Origin: Eledone cirrhosa
Taxonomy: Eukaryota
DNA length: 64,000 nt
Assembly: GCA_964016885.1 (NCBI GenBank)
Contig: OZ024740.1
Span: 434,000,001 to 434,064,000, forward strand
Reading direction: 5' to 3'
The position numbers and the translations under genes are program-made. Below, in pieces: positions 37,913 through 48,960 of this stretch. The notes beneath the pieces were generated by a model that made no database searches, was not told the origin of the DNA, and saw only the letters and a program-made list of their open reading frames with translations. How positions within the stretch are numbered: the first letter of the stretch is position 1; every line of letters starts with the position of its first letter.

Positions 37913-38270
37913 ATCATCATCATCAGGTTGAGCTTGCTCGGCTTTCTACGACACGTCTCCTCCATCCATCTCTGTCTCTCATAGCGTTTGCCAGTTCTTC
38001 CGCAGTGCATCCAGTATCGTCCTCAAGTTGCTTGACGTATGTCTTCTTGGGACGACCAGCGTTTCTTGCTCCATGAGATGGACTCCATAACAACACATCA
38101 CCTGCTATTTCTTCCTTGCTGCGCCAACAGTGGCCAGCAAATTTGAGTCTGTCCACGTATTGACCTGCTGATAGGTGGTATATTGCCATAGAGATCCTTA
38201 TTTGTTGGATGTTCCCGCCAAGACACGTTTAAAGCAGCACTGTAAAATATGGGAGTGTATCTTCCATTTC
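37913..38270 (-). mobile_element. RTE-like LINE 3' fragment with (GAT)n tail
   Basis: RLKFAGHCWRSKEEIAGDVLLWSPSHG…GRPKKTYVKQLEDDTG…MRDRDGW. Confidence 0.85.
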
Positions 38271-38518
38271 CTTCTCCCCTTCGACATCAAAGACACCCTT
38301 GTATTTAGTGCGGTGTCTCTCTGTCCCCTCAGACATCAAATACGCCCTCAATCAAGTGAACTGTCTCTCTGTCCCCTCAGACATCAAAGGCACCCCTCAA
38401 TCAAGTGAGATGTCTAAAATAGGTAATTGAAACCCTGCCACGGTATTCAGTTGCTGGCTGTGTTGTTGTTGTTTGTTGTTTGTTTTTAGTCAACAGTCTA
38501 CTTTGTTTCTCACTCTAT

Positions 38519-38670
38519 CGTGTGTATGTGTGTGTGTGTGTTATATGTCATGTATATATATGTGTGTGTGTTATATATGTCATGTATAATATATGTATGT
38601 GTGTGTTATATATGTGATATATATGTGTATGTGTGTGTTATATATGTGATATATATGTGTGTTTGTGTGT

Positions 38671-38712
<42 letters not shown>

Positions 38713-38895
38713 GTGATATATATGTGTGTTATATGTGATATATGTATGTGTGTGTGTTATATGTGATATATATGTGTGTGTGTTATATGTGATATATATG
38801 TGTGTGTTATATATGTGATATATATGCGCGTGTGTGTTATATATGTGATATATATGTGTGTGTGATATATATGTGTGTGTGCATATGTCATATGT
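38519..38895. repeat. Compound (TG)n/(TA)n microsatellite
   Basis: Direct. Confidence 0.9.
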
Positions 38896-39034
38896 ATACT
38901 TCACTGCTTTACGATCGTTTCTAGAGGGTGATAATACATTGTATCTATACTCAGTTATTGATCTATGTAAGTTTACAAACTATCAGATAGAGAGAATATT
39001 TACTTACATGCATATCACCAGCTGTTTTCAAAAG

Positions 39035-39837
39035 TTGTAGTAAACACTATATCTACATGTTTTGTAGTAACACTATATCTACATGTTTTGTAGTAAACAC
39101 TATATCTACATGTTTTGTAGTAACACTATATCTACATGTTTTGTAGTAACACTATATCTACATGTTTTGTAGTAACACTATATCTACATGTTTTGTAGTA
39201 AACACTATATCTACATGTTTTGTAGTAAACACTATATCTACATGTTTTGTAGTAAACACTATATCTACATGTTTTGTAGTAACACTATATCTACATGTTT
39301 TGTAGTAACACTATATTTACATGTTTTGTAGTAACACTATATCTACATGTTTTGTAGTAAACACTATATCTACATGTTTTGTAGTAAACACTATATCTAC
39401 ATGTTTTGTAGTAAACACTATATCTACATGTTTTGTAGTAACACTATATCTACATGTTTTGTAGTAACACTATATCTACATGTTTTGTAGTAAACACTAT
39501 ATCTACATGTTTTGTAGTAAACACTATATCTACATGTTTTGTAGTAAACACTATATCTACATGTTTTGTAGTAACACTATATCTACATGTTTTGTAGTAA
39601 CACTATATTTACATGTTTTGTAGTAAACACTATATCTACATGTTTTGTAGTAAACACTATATCTACATGTTTTGTAGTAACACTATATCTACATATTTTG
39701 TAGTAACACTATATCTACATGTTTTGTAGTAACACTATATCTACATGTTTTGTAGTAACACTATATCTACATGTTTTGTAGTAACACTATATCTACATGT
39801 TTTGTAGTAACACTATATCTACATGTTTTGTAGTAAA
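39035..39837. repeat. 26/27-bp minisatellite, ~30 copies
   Basis: Unit TAGTAA(A)CACTATATCTACATGTTTTG. Confidence 0.96.
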
Positions 39838-39895
39838 ATAGATCACAGTGGTCATTGCTTTTGAAAACAGCTGGTGATATGCATGTAAATATGTC

Positions 39896-39926
<31 letters not shown>

Positions 39927-41215
39927 ATGAAGAACTCAGAGTTGTATGGGAGCCTCCCAAAAGTCAACTCAAAAGTGACAGAGAGGAGACTGGGGTTAGC
40001 TGGACATGGTCACTGACATCCAGAGTTGACACTGCATTCAGTGCTCTTGTGGGAGCCTCTACATGGAGGAGACTGGGGTTAACTGGACATGGTCACCGAC
40101 ATCCAGAGTTGACACTGCATTCAGTGCTCCTGTGGGAGCCTCTACATGGAGGAGACTGGGGTTAGCTGGACATGGTCACCGACATCCAGAGTTGACACTG
40201 CACTCAGTGCTCCTGTGGGAGCCCCTACATGGAGGAGACTGGGGTTAGCTGGACATGGTCACCGACATCCAGAGTTGACACTGCACTCAGTGCTCTTGTG
40301 GGAGCCTCTACATGGAGGAGACTGGGGTTAGCTGGACATGGTCACCGACATCCAGAGTTGACAGTGCATTCAGTGCTCCTGTGGGAGCCTCTACATGGAG
40401 GAGACTGGGGTTAGCTGGACATGGTCACCGACATCCAGAGTTGACAGTGCATTCAGTGCTCTTGTGGGAGCCCCTACATGGAGGAGACTGGGGTTAGCTG
40501 GACATGGTCACCGACATCCAGAGTTGACAGTGCACTCAGTGCTCCTGTGGGAGCCCCTACATGGAGGAGACTGGGGTTAGCTGGACATGGTCACCGACAT
40601 CCAGAGTTGACACTGCACTCAGTGCTCTTGTGGGAGCCTCTACATGGAGGAGACTGGGGTTAGCTGGACATGGTCACCGACATCCAGAGTTGACAGTGCA
40701 CTCAGTGCTCCTGTGGGAGCCCCTACATGGAGGAGACTGGGGTTAGCTGGACATGGTCACCGACATCCAGAGTTGACACTGCACTCAGTGCTCTTGTGGG
40801 AGCCCCTACATGGAGGAGACTGGGGTTAGCTGGACATGGTCACCGACATCCAGAGTTGACACTGCACTCAGTGCTCTTGTGGGAGCCCCTACATGGAGGA
40901 GACTGGGGTTAGCTGGACATGGTCACCGACATCCAGAGTTGACACTGCACTCAGTGCTCCTGTGGGAGCCCCTACATGGAGGAGACTGGGGTTAGCTGGA
41001 CATGGTCACCGACATCCAGAGTTGACAGTGCATTCAGTGCTCCCGTGGGAGCCCCTACATGGACACACTGGAAGACCAAGGTTAACGTATGTTGAATCCC
41101 CAAGGACAGACACTGGTCTGTTGGAGACGCAGGACATGGCAGCGATAATGAGGGACAGAGACTGCTGGAGAGAACTCGTCCATGGATCTCGGGAATTTTA
41201 CCCGCCTTAGATAGA
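39927..41215 (+). mobile_element. RTE-like LINE 3' fragment hosting an internal tandem array
   Basis: NSELYGSLPKVNSKVTERRLGLAGH…VLLWEPLHGHTGRPRLTYVE…DTGL…MRDRDCWRELV. Confidence 0.85.
39985..41063. repeat. 83-bp tandem array, 13 copies, derived from RTE coding sequence
   Basis: ORF starts recur every 83 bp; the unit encodes RRLGLAGHGHRHPELTLHSVLLWEPLHG. Confidence 0.97.
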
Positions 41216-41430
41216 TGTGTGTGTGTGTGTGTGTGTTATATATATATGTGTGTGTTATATATATATATATGTGTGTGTTATAAAAGTGTTATATATATAT
41301 ATGTGTGTTATGTGTGTGTTATATATATATGTGTGTGTTATGTGTGTTATGAGCTGGAGAAAGAGAGAGACAGGCTGATAAGGCAATGACCACAGTGATC
41401 TATTTTACTACAAAACATGTAGATATAGTG

Positions 41431-41482
41431 TTACTACTACTACTACTACTACTGCTGCTGCTACTACTAGCCCTACTACTAT

Positions 41483-41523
<41 letters not shown>

Positions 41524-41530
41524 TTACTAT

Positions 41531-41569
<39 letters not shown>

Positions 41570-41694
41570 CACTACTACCACCACCACCACCACTACTACT
41601 ACCACTACTACTACTACTACCACCACCACCACTACCACCACTACTACTACTACCACTACCACTACTACTGCTGCTGCTGCTACTACTACTAGCC

Positions 41695-41731
<37 letters not shown>

Positions 41732-41738
41732 CACTACC

Positions 41739-41773
<35 letters not shown>

Positions 41774-41774
41774 C

Positions 41775-41848
<74 letters not shown>

Positions 41849-41873
41849 CACTACTACCACTACTACTACTACC

Positions 41874-41905
<32 letters not shown>

Positions 41906-41981
41906 AACCACCACTACTACTACCACTACTACTACTACCACCACCACTACTTCCACCACCACTACTACTACAACCACCACC

Positions 41982-42013
<32 letters not shown>

Positions 42014-43484
42014 CACCACCACCACTACCACCACTACCACCACCACTACCACCACCACCACTACCACCACTACCACCACCACTACCACCTTTACCACCAC
42101 CACTACCACCACTTCCACCATCCCCCCCCCCCCCCCCCACCACCACCACTACCACCACCACCACTACCACCACCACCACCACCACTACCACCACTACTAC
42201 CACCACCACCACCACCACCACCACCACTACCACCACCACTACCACCACTACCACCACCACCACCACCACTACCACCACCACCACCACCACCACTACCACC
42301 ACCACCACCACCACCACTACCACCACCACCACCACTACCACCACTACCACCACCACCACCACCACCACTACCACCACCACCACCACCACTACCACCACTA
42401 CCACCACCACCACCACCACCACTACCACCACTACCACCACCACCACTACCACCACCACCACTACCACCACTACCACCACCACCACTACCACCACTACCAC
42501 CACCACCACTACCACCACTACCACCACTACCACCACCACCACTACCACCACTACCACCACCACCACTACCACCACTACCACCACCACCACTACCACCACT
42601 ACCACCACCACCACTACCACCACTACCACCACCACCACTACCACCACTACCACCACTACCACCACCACCACTACCACCACTACCACCACCACCACTACCA
42701 CCACTACCACCACCACCACTACCACCACTACCACCACCACCACTACCACCACTACCACCACCACCACTACCACCACCACCACCACCACCACCACCACTAC
42801 TACTACTAGTTGACATTTAAACGTTAGTTGTCCGGCGTTTAAGTGTTTTTAATTTTCCGATTTTTGCATCGTTTTACTTGTTCCGTGGCTTAGCTTAACA
42901 CCACCATCACTACCACCTATACTACTACCACTACTACCACCACCATCACTACCACCTATACTACTACCACTACTACCACCACCACCACTACCACCTATAC
43001 TACTACCACTACTACCACCACCACCACTACCACCTATACTACTACCACCACCACCACTACCACTACTACCACCACCACCACTACCACCTATATTACTACC
43101 ACTACCACCACTACCATCTATACTACTACCACTACTACCACCACCACCAACACCACCACTACCACCACCACCACCTATATCACTACCACCACCACTACCA
43201 CCTATACTACTACCCCTACTACCACCTATACTACTACCACTACTACCACCACCACTACTACTACCACCGCCACTACTACCACCCCACTACTATCCCCCTC
43301 CACTACTACCCCCTCCACTACCACCACCACCACTACTACCATCATCACCATCCCCGCTCCCACCCCTACCCCCCACCACATCCACCACGACCACTACCAC
43401 CACCACCATTACCACCACAACCACCACTATTACCACCACCACCACCACCACCACCACCACTACTACCACCACCACCACCACCAC
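41431..43484. repeat. (CTA/CCA)n trinucleotide satellite with a ~90-bp unique island at 42810-42900
   Basis: Direct; explains the poly-L/P/T/V/G/S ORFs. Confidence 0.95.
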
Positions 43485-44256
43485 AGCTATAATTATAGGT
43501 TCACAAGTTGAGTGAGAGCGACAGAAATAGTGAGGAGAGTTTCATAGTATATACTATGAAACTTTATCCAGAAAAATAACTTTTGAAATATTATTTAAAT
43601 TATGATAATTTAAATAATAATAAACAGGAACAAAGAGAAAGAAAACATTTTAAATAAACGTGGAATTTCAAAGGAAATAGAAGCAGAAGTTTGAAGCTAG
43701 AAAGTTGATGGGATGAAAAATAGACGAAGTACGTTGGTTTTATTATTGTTGTTCTTCCTGTAACTTGTTGATTCTAACAGACGGACGGATTTATTGGTTC
43801 TCTTTTATATATATATATTGTATATATATAACTAAAAGCTCTGAAGCATACATAGAGCACTCTCTTTTCCTTTACCTTTCCTACGGAAATACTTCAATAT
43901 ATATTGTATATATATTATATATATACTGGTGAAAAAAGGACGGATTTAATTGCTGTTATTTCATATATTTATTTTATATATATTATATACATCTTATTAA
44001 GTGATAATATTTGTAAAACAGACGGATTTATTACTTGCTACCATCATATATATATTTTTTATATATATTTCATATATATATATTATATTATATTAAATAA
44101 TATATATATATTCTACAAACGGTTTATTACTTGCTATCATCATATATATATATATATATATTATATATAATATTCTACTAACCAAACGGATTTATTTATA
44201 AGTTGCTGTTATATTTTATATTATTAAATGATAATATATATATAACATTATACACA

Positions 44257-44278
44257 ATGACTCTCCCACGAGGTAAGT
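44257..44278 (+). other. Candidate first coding exon end (ATG ACT CTC CCA CGA G|GTAAGT)
   Basis: ACAATG context and a perfect AG|GTAAGT donor at the end of a TE-free ~800-bp stretch; no downstream exon could be linked. Confidence 0.25.
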
Positions 44279-44664
44279 GTTGTTATATTTACTAATAAAC
44301 CTGTCTCTTTCCTTTCTTATATTTTTCTCTTTACAAGTCTCTCCATCTCTTTTTTTTGTTTATTTACCCAAACTAACATTTCTCTCTCTCTCTCAGTCTC
44401 TTATTTACTTTCTATGTTTCCTTGTTTATTTTCTTTGCTACTTTCCCCCCTCTCTGTTTCTCTTCCCCCTCTCTGTTTCTCTATCTCATTTACTTTCCTT
44501 TTTGTGCACTCTTTCTCTCTTTCCTTGTTTATTTTCTTCGCTACTTTCTCTCTTTTCCCTCCGTGTCCCTCCTCCCCCTCTCTCCAATGCAGTCTTCTAC
44601 TTTCACCTTTGTTGTTCTATCCCCTCTCCATCACAACTACTTCATACTTTCATTATTCTAAGAT

Positions 44665-44777
44665 TCAAATCCCGCCGCGGTTAACTTTGCCTTTCATCCT
44701 TACGGGGTCGATAAATAAAGTACCAGTAATACACTGAGATAATTGCTGGCCTTGTGCCAAAAGTAGAAACAATTATT
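44665..44777 (+). mobile_element. SINE S1, 5'-truncated, with 13-bp TSD
   Basis: ATTATTCTAAGAT at 44652-44664 and 44772-44784. Confidence 0.88.
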
Positions 44778-44784
44778 CTAAGAT

Positions 44785-45116
44785 ACATTTGCTAAATGAT
44801 GAATGTGGGGTGAATGGGCCTACTCTGACCATGCGCCTATAGGCTAGCTAACTTGAGAGGGTGCGCTCCCTGGGTGCCCTAGAAACGCAGGGTGGTTCAG
44901 GATTGGTGGAGTATCTGAGTCACCCCTGGGTCGTCCACCCCCTATAGGGGAATTTATTTTGTTAAATTTATGCATAGTTTATTTTATATTTTTTATATCG
45001 TCATTGTTAAATTAGTCTTGCCATTGTGCACTTTTACTCGACCTTATTGTAAACCCCCCACTGTCGCTGTCTTTGTATTGTCTCCTACATGTCGGCGCTT
45101 GTGGCTAATAAATGAA
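44785..45116 (+). mobile_element. Tx1-related 3' fragment (different subfamily)
   Basis: GTGAATGGGCCTACTCTGACCATGCGCCTATAG (VNGPTLTMRL*) matches VNGPSLYISL* of copies A-E; ends TTGTGGCTAATAAA like C/D. Confidence 0.75.
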
Positions 45117-45127
45117 TTCATTATTCT

Positions 45128-45314
45128 AAGATGAAATATATTGAATAAAAACATTGAGAGAAGTATAGAATAATTGTTTCTACTGGCACAAGGCCAGCAA
45201 TTATCCAGTGTAATAAAGTACCAGTAATACACTAGGATAATTCCCGGGCTTGTGCCAAAAGTAGAAACCATTATTCTATACTTCTCAATGTTTTTATTCA
45301 ATATATTTCATCTT
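45128..45314. repeat. ~85-bp-arm inverted duplication of a SINE tail plus unique flank
   Basis: AAGATGAAATATATTGAATAAAAACATTGAGA / TCTCAATGTTTTTATTCAATATATTTCATCTT is a perfect pair; the inner arms are opposed S1 tails. Confidence 0.9.
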
Positions 45315-45344
45315 TTATCGTTCTATTGTATATTTTTATATATT

Positions 45345-46427
45345 TATAATTGTTTCTACTTTAGGCACAAGGCCAACAAAAACCCAGTGCATTACTGGTA
45401 CTTTATTTTATCGACTTCGTAAGGATGAAAGGCAAAATCAACCTCGGCGGGATTTGAACTCAGATCGTAAAGGGACGTAACTATGCCTAAAAGCATGGCG
45501 TCCGACCCTCTACCGATACTGCCAATCTACCACCCTAGCATGGCGTCCGACCCTCTACCGATACTGCCAATCTACCACCCTAGCATGGCGTCCGACCCTC
45601 TACCGATACTGCCAATCTACCACCCTAGCATGGCGTCCGACCCTCTACCGATACTGCCAATCTACCACCCTAGCATGGCGTCCGACCCTCTACCGATACT
45701 GCCAATCTACCACCCTAGCATGGCGTCTGACCCTCTACCGATACTGCCAATCTACCACCCTAGCATGACGTCCGACCCTCTACCGATACTGCCAATCTAC
45801 CACCCTAGCATGGCGTCCGACCCTCTACCGATACTGCCAATCTACCACCCTAGCATGGCGTCCGACCCTCTACCGATACTGCCAATCTACCACCCTAGCA
45901 TGGCGTCCGACCCTCTACCGATACTGCCAATCTACCACCCTAGCATGGCGTCCGACCCTCTACCGATACTGCCAATCTACCACCATAGCATGGCCTCCGA
46001 CCCTCTACCGATACTGCCAATCTACCACCCTAGCATGGCGTCCGACCCTCTACCGATACTGCCAATCTACCACCCTAGCATGGCGTCCGACCCTCTACCG
46101 ATACTGCCAATCTACCACCCTAGCATGGCGTCCGACCCTCTACCGATACTGCCAATCTACCACCCTAGCATGGCGTCCGACCCTCTACCGATACTGCCAA
46201 TCTACCACCCTAGCATGGCGTCTGACCCTCTACCGATACTGCCAATCTACCACCCTAGCATGGCGTCTGACCCTCTACCGATACTGCCAATCTACCACCC
46301 TAGCATGGCGTCCGACCCTCTACCGATACTGCCAATCTACCACCCTAGCATGGCGTCCGACCCTCTACCGATACTGCCAATCTACCACCCTAGCATGGCG
46401 TCCGACCCTCTACCGATACTGCCAATC
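45345..46427 (-). mobile_element. SINE S1 whose 45-bp head is tandemly repeated ~21 times (45492-46427)
   Basis: Unit AGCATGGCGTCCGACCCTCTACCGATACTGCCAATCTACCACCCT is the reverse complement of the S1 5' end. Confidence 0.95.
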
Positions 46428-48150
46428 CAATAATGTTCCATAAATTCTATTTTAAAGTGAAACATCACGATTACAATATATTTTCTTTCGTTTGGAATAC
46501 TCTTTTACTCTTTTACCTGTTTCAGCCATCCGGCTGAGGCCATGCTGGGGCACCGCGTATATTTTAATGTGGAATATTTATGTAATTAAATATTATATAT
46601 ATTATATTAATCTGTAAGAATTATAAACAATTTGTTATTTATACAACTGCGCATAAAATGTTTTATTTGCAATTGTCTAAACCTCAGATTAAAAATGAAT
46701 AATCTATCAATATAATCGTAATATACAAATATATCTAACATTTCATTAAAAAAACGACATTATTAATAAAATTTCATCCTTACGGGGTCGATAAAATAAA
46801 GTACCAGTAAGGCACTGGGTAATTGCTGGCCTTGTGCCTAAAGTAGAAACAATTATTAATAAAATTATGAGGAAGGAGAGACACAAAACTGAATTATATC
46901 CTCTTTTTCTTTTCACTTTTTTCTCATCCTTCGATTTTTTTCCTTCCCTTCCCTCAAGTTTTTACTTCCCACCCCTCAGATTGTTACTTCCCTCGTGTTT
47001 TCCTTCTCCCTATCAACCCTACAAACCACTTGTACTTGCTATCTCTACCAGTTGTTGTGCTGCTTCAGTGTTTTCTTGTCGTTGTTGCTATTGTACTCTC
47101 CTGCTCTTTTATTCCGTTGTTGGGGGTTTTGTGCTCTGGTCGACAACAGACATTCCTTGGTTATTGTTCAACTTGATGGCAGGACATCATTAAATAGATC
47201 TGTAGTCCAAAATATCCCAGCCGTGACCATCCCGTCTTTTCAGACTTTATAACATAACTACAGTTTATTGTCCCGTCCTCAACTTTCCTTTCTTCATAAC
47301 TTTCTTAACAATGCATTTTTTTTTTTTTTTTAATGGAACTTTTTAGATACATTTTCGAAGGTGGAGATTGTGGTTATGTACGTTGATGGAATTTAAAAAA
47401 AAGCAAAAAACAATGTTTATCGCATTACAGTGTTGTATAAATGATAATTACATTCCAGTATAAAATCTATGCCATTATTCTGACTGATATTATTAGTAAC
47501 ATGAAAATAAAAGGTGCGTGGAAAATATTTGCAGAGTTTACATTAAAGCTACAACAAACACTAATGGAAACTATTCGGTATATGAAAGTATTAACGGACG
47601 GAATTATATACAACAATGGAAGTATATAAATAGGTGTAGTCATGGCTGGCAGGTTTAAAGTGTGTCACAACCACGTGGTTTCAGTGTCCCACAGACAGTG
47701 GCACCCCTTGAGCAAGTATCTTCTTCCATAGTATCGGGTTGACTTATTTATGCCTTGTAGGTGAATTAAGGTTCAAAATAAATGTTATAAACTCCGTAAT
47801 TAAACACATGAAATATATTACTTTGGTGGGTACCTTCTTCTATAGTAAAATTTTATTATACAAAGCATATAAATAAATTTACAGTAGAATAACATAACAA
47901 ATATGTTTTAAATATATGCTTAGATAACATTATAAATTGCTCGCGATTCTTTCAGAAGGATATATTCTTTTAATGTTGCAATATTAGAGAAAATGTAAAG
48001 GAAGAGGTGAACAACGGAGCGAACACCAGAGCAAAAGACAGCAACGTCGCGAGGTGAAATTTGGTAGACAGAACGTGCGAAGAAGCCCTTCGTGTATGTG
48101 TGTATGTGTGTGTGTGTGTGTATATATTGATTTTATTAACTTTGAATAAT

Positions 48151-48237
48151 GAGTCTTGTTACTCTGGAGTCAGACAAACACTCGTCTGGCCTGACGACCC
48201 TGTGATAAAGATGCGAAACTCCTGAGTAACAAGATTC
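48151..48237 (+). ncRNA. Degenerate type III hammerhead-ribozyme-like motif
   Basis: 20-bp stem III (48151-48170 / 48218-48237), GUC at 48169-48171, stem I hairpin GTCAGAC/GTCTGGC, CUGACGA 48191-48197, GAAAC 48215-48219; stem II poorly paired. Confidence 0.5.
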
Positions 48238-48714
48238 ACTATTTAGCTTTTATTAAAACTCTACTTCGGTATTGAGTACTCCTTTCTCTCAGCCATCAAC
48301 CACATACGGATATATATATATATATGCACAGACACTCCGACCCACAAAAACACCCCCACACACACCTCTTCCTGAACATGCAACCCCGTTCTTCCCCCAA
48401 CCCTTACTTTCACATATACACACACACACCACCTTCAGCCCTCCCCGCTCGGACACCCCGTCTCCCTCTCCCCACTCCACCCGCCACCACCCCTACTCAC
48501 CCCACACCCTTCCACCACCTGTTTACCCCCCTTTTAATTTCAGTTTATTTTGATCATGCCTTTATTTTTAAATTTATCTCATTCCTTGTATTTTGATCAT
48601 GCTTTATTTTTATTTTTATCTTTATTTGTTATTTTTTCATTCGCACCGTTTCCTTTCGCTATATGTCTCTCCACCACTCCCCTACACACCTTTTGAACTC
48701 TGTTCCCACACACT

Positions 48715-48752
48715 TCTCACCTGAGGAAGGGCTTATGCCCGAAACGTCGTCC
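48715..48752 (+). ncRNA. Minimal type I hammerhead motif (Penelope-like)
   Basis: CUGAGGA-A-GGGC UUAU GCCC-GAAA-CGUC: intact core, stem II and palindromic ACGU minimal stem III; stem I weak. Lies in C-rich sequence (48330-48840) followed by AATAAA. Confidence 0.6.
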
Positions 48753-48852
48753 CCCACCTACACCTCACTCTCCTGAGCGTGAAATTAATAAACATTTATT
48801 GTACTGCCTCTCTGTTTTGTCCCTGTTCAAATTTTTACATTATATATATATA

Positions 48853-48960
48853 TAATTGTTTCTACTTTTGGCACAAGGCCAGCAATTATCCCTGTGTATT
48901 ACTGGTACTTTATTTTATCGACCCCGTAAGGATGAAAGGCAAAGTTAACCTCGGCGGGAT
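48853..48960 (-). mobile_element. SINE S1, 5'-truncated
   Basis: Near-consensus core and tail. Confidence 0.88.

Noticed and set aside
41386-43484. Mucin-, extensin- or glycine-rich-like ORFs
   Set aside because: Pure (CTA/CCA)n microsatellite translation.
45483-46433. 316-aa MASDPLPILPIYHPS repeat protein
   Set aside because: Antisense translation of the SINE head array.
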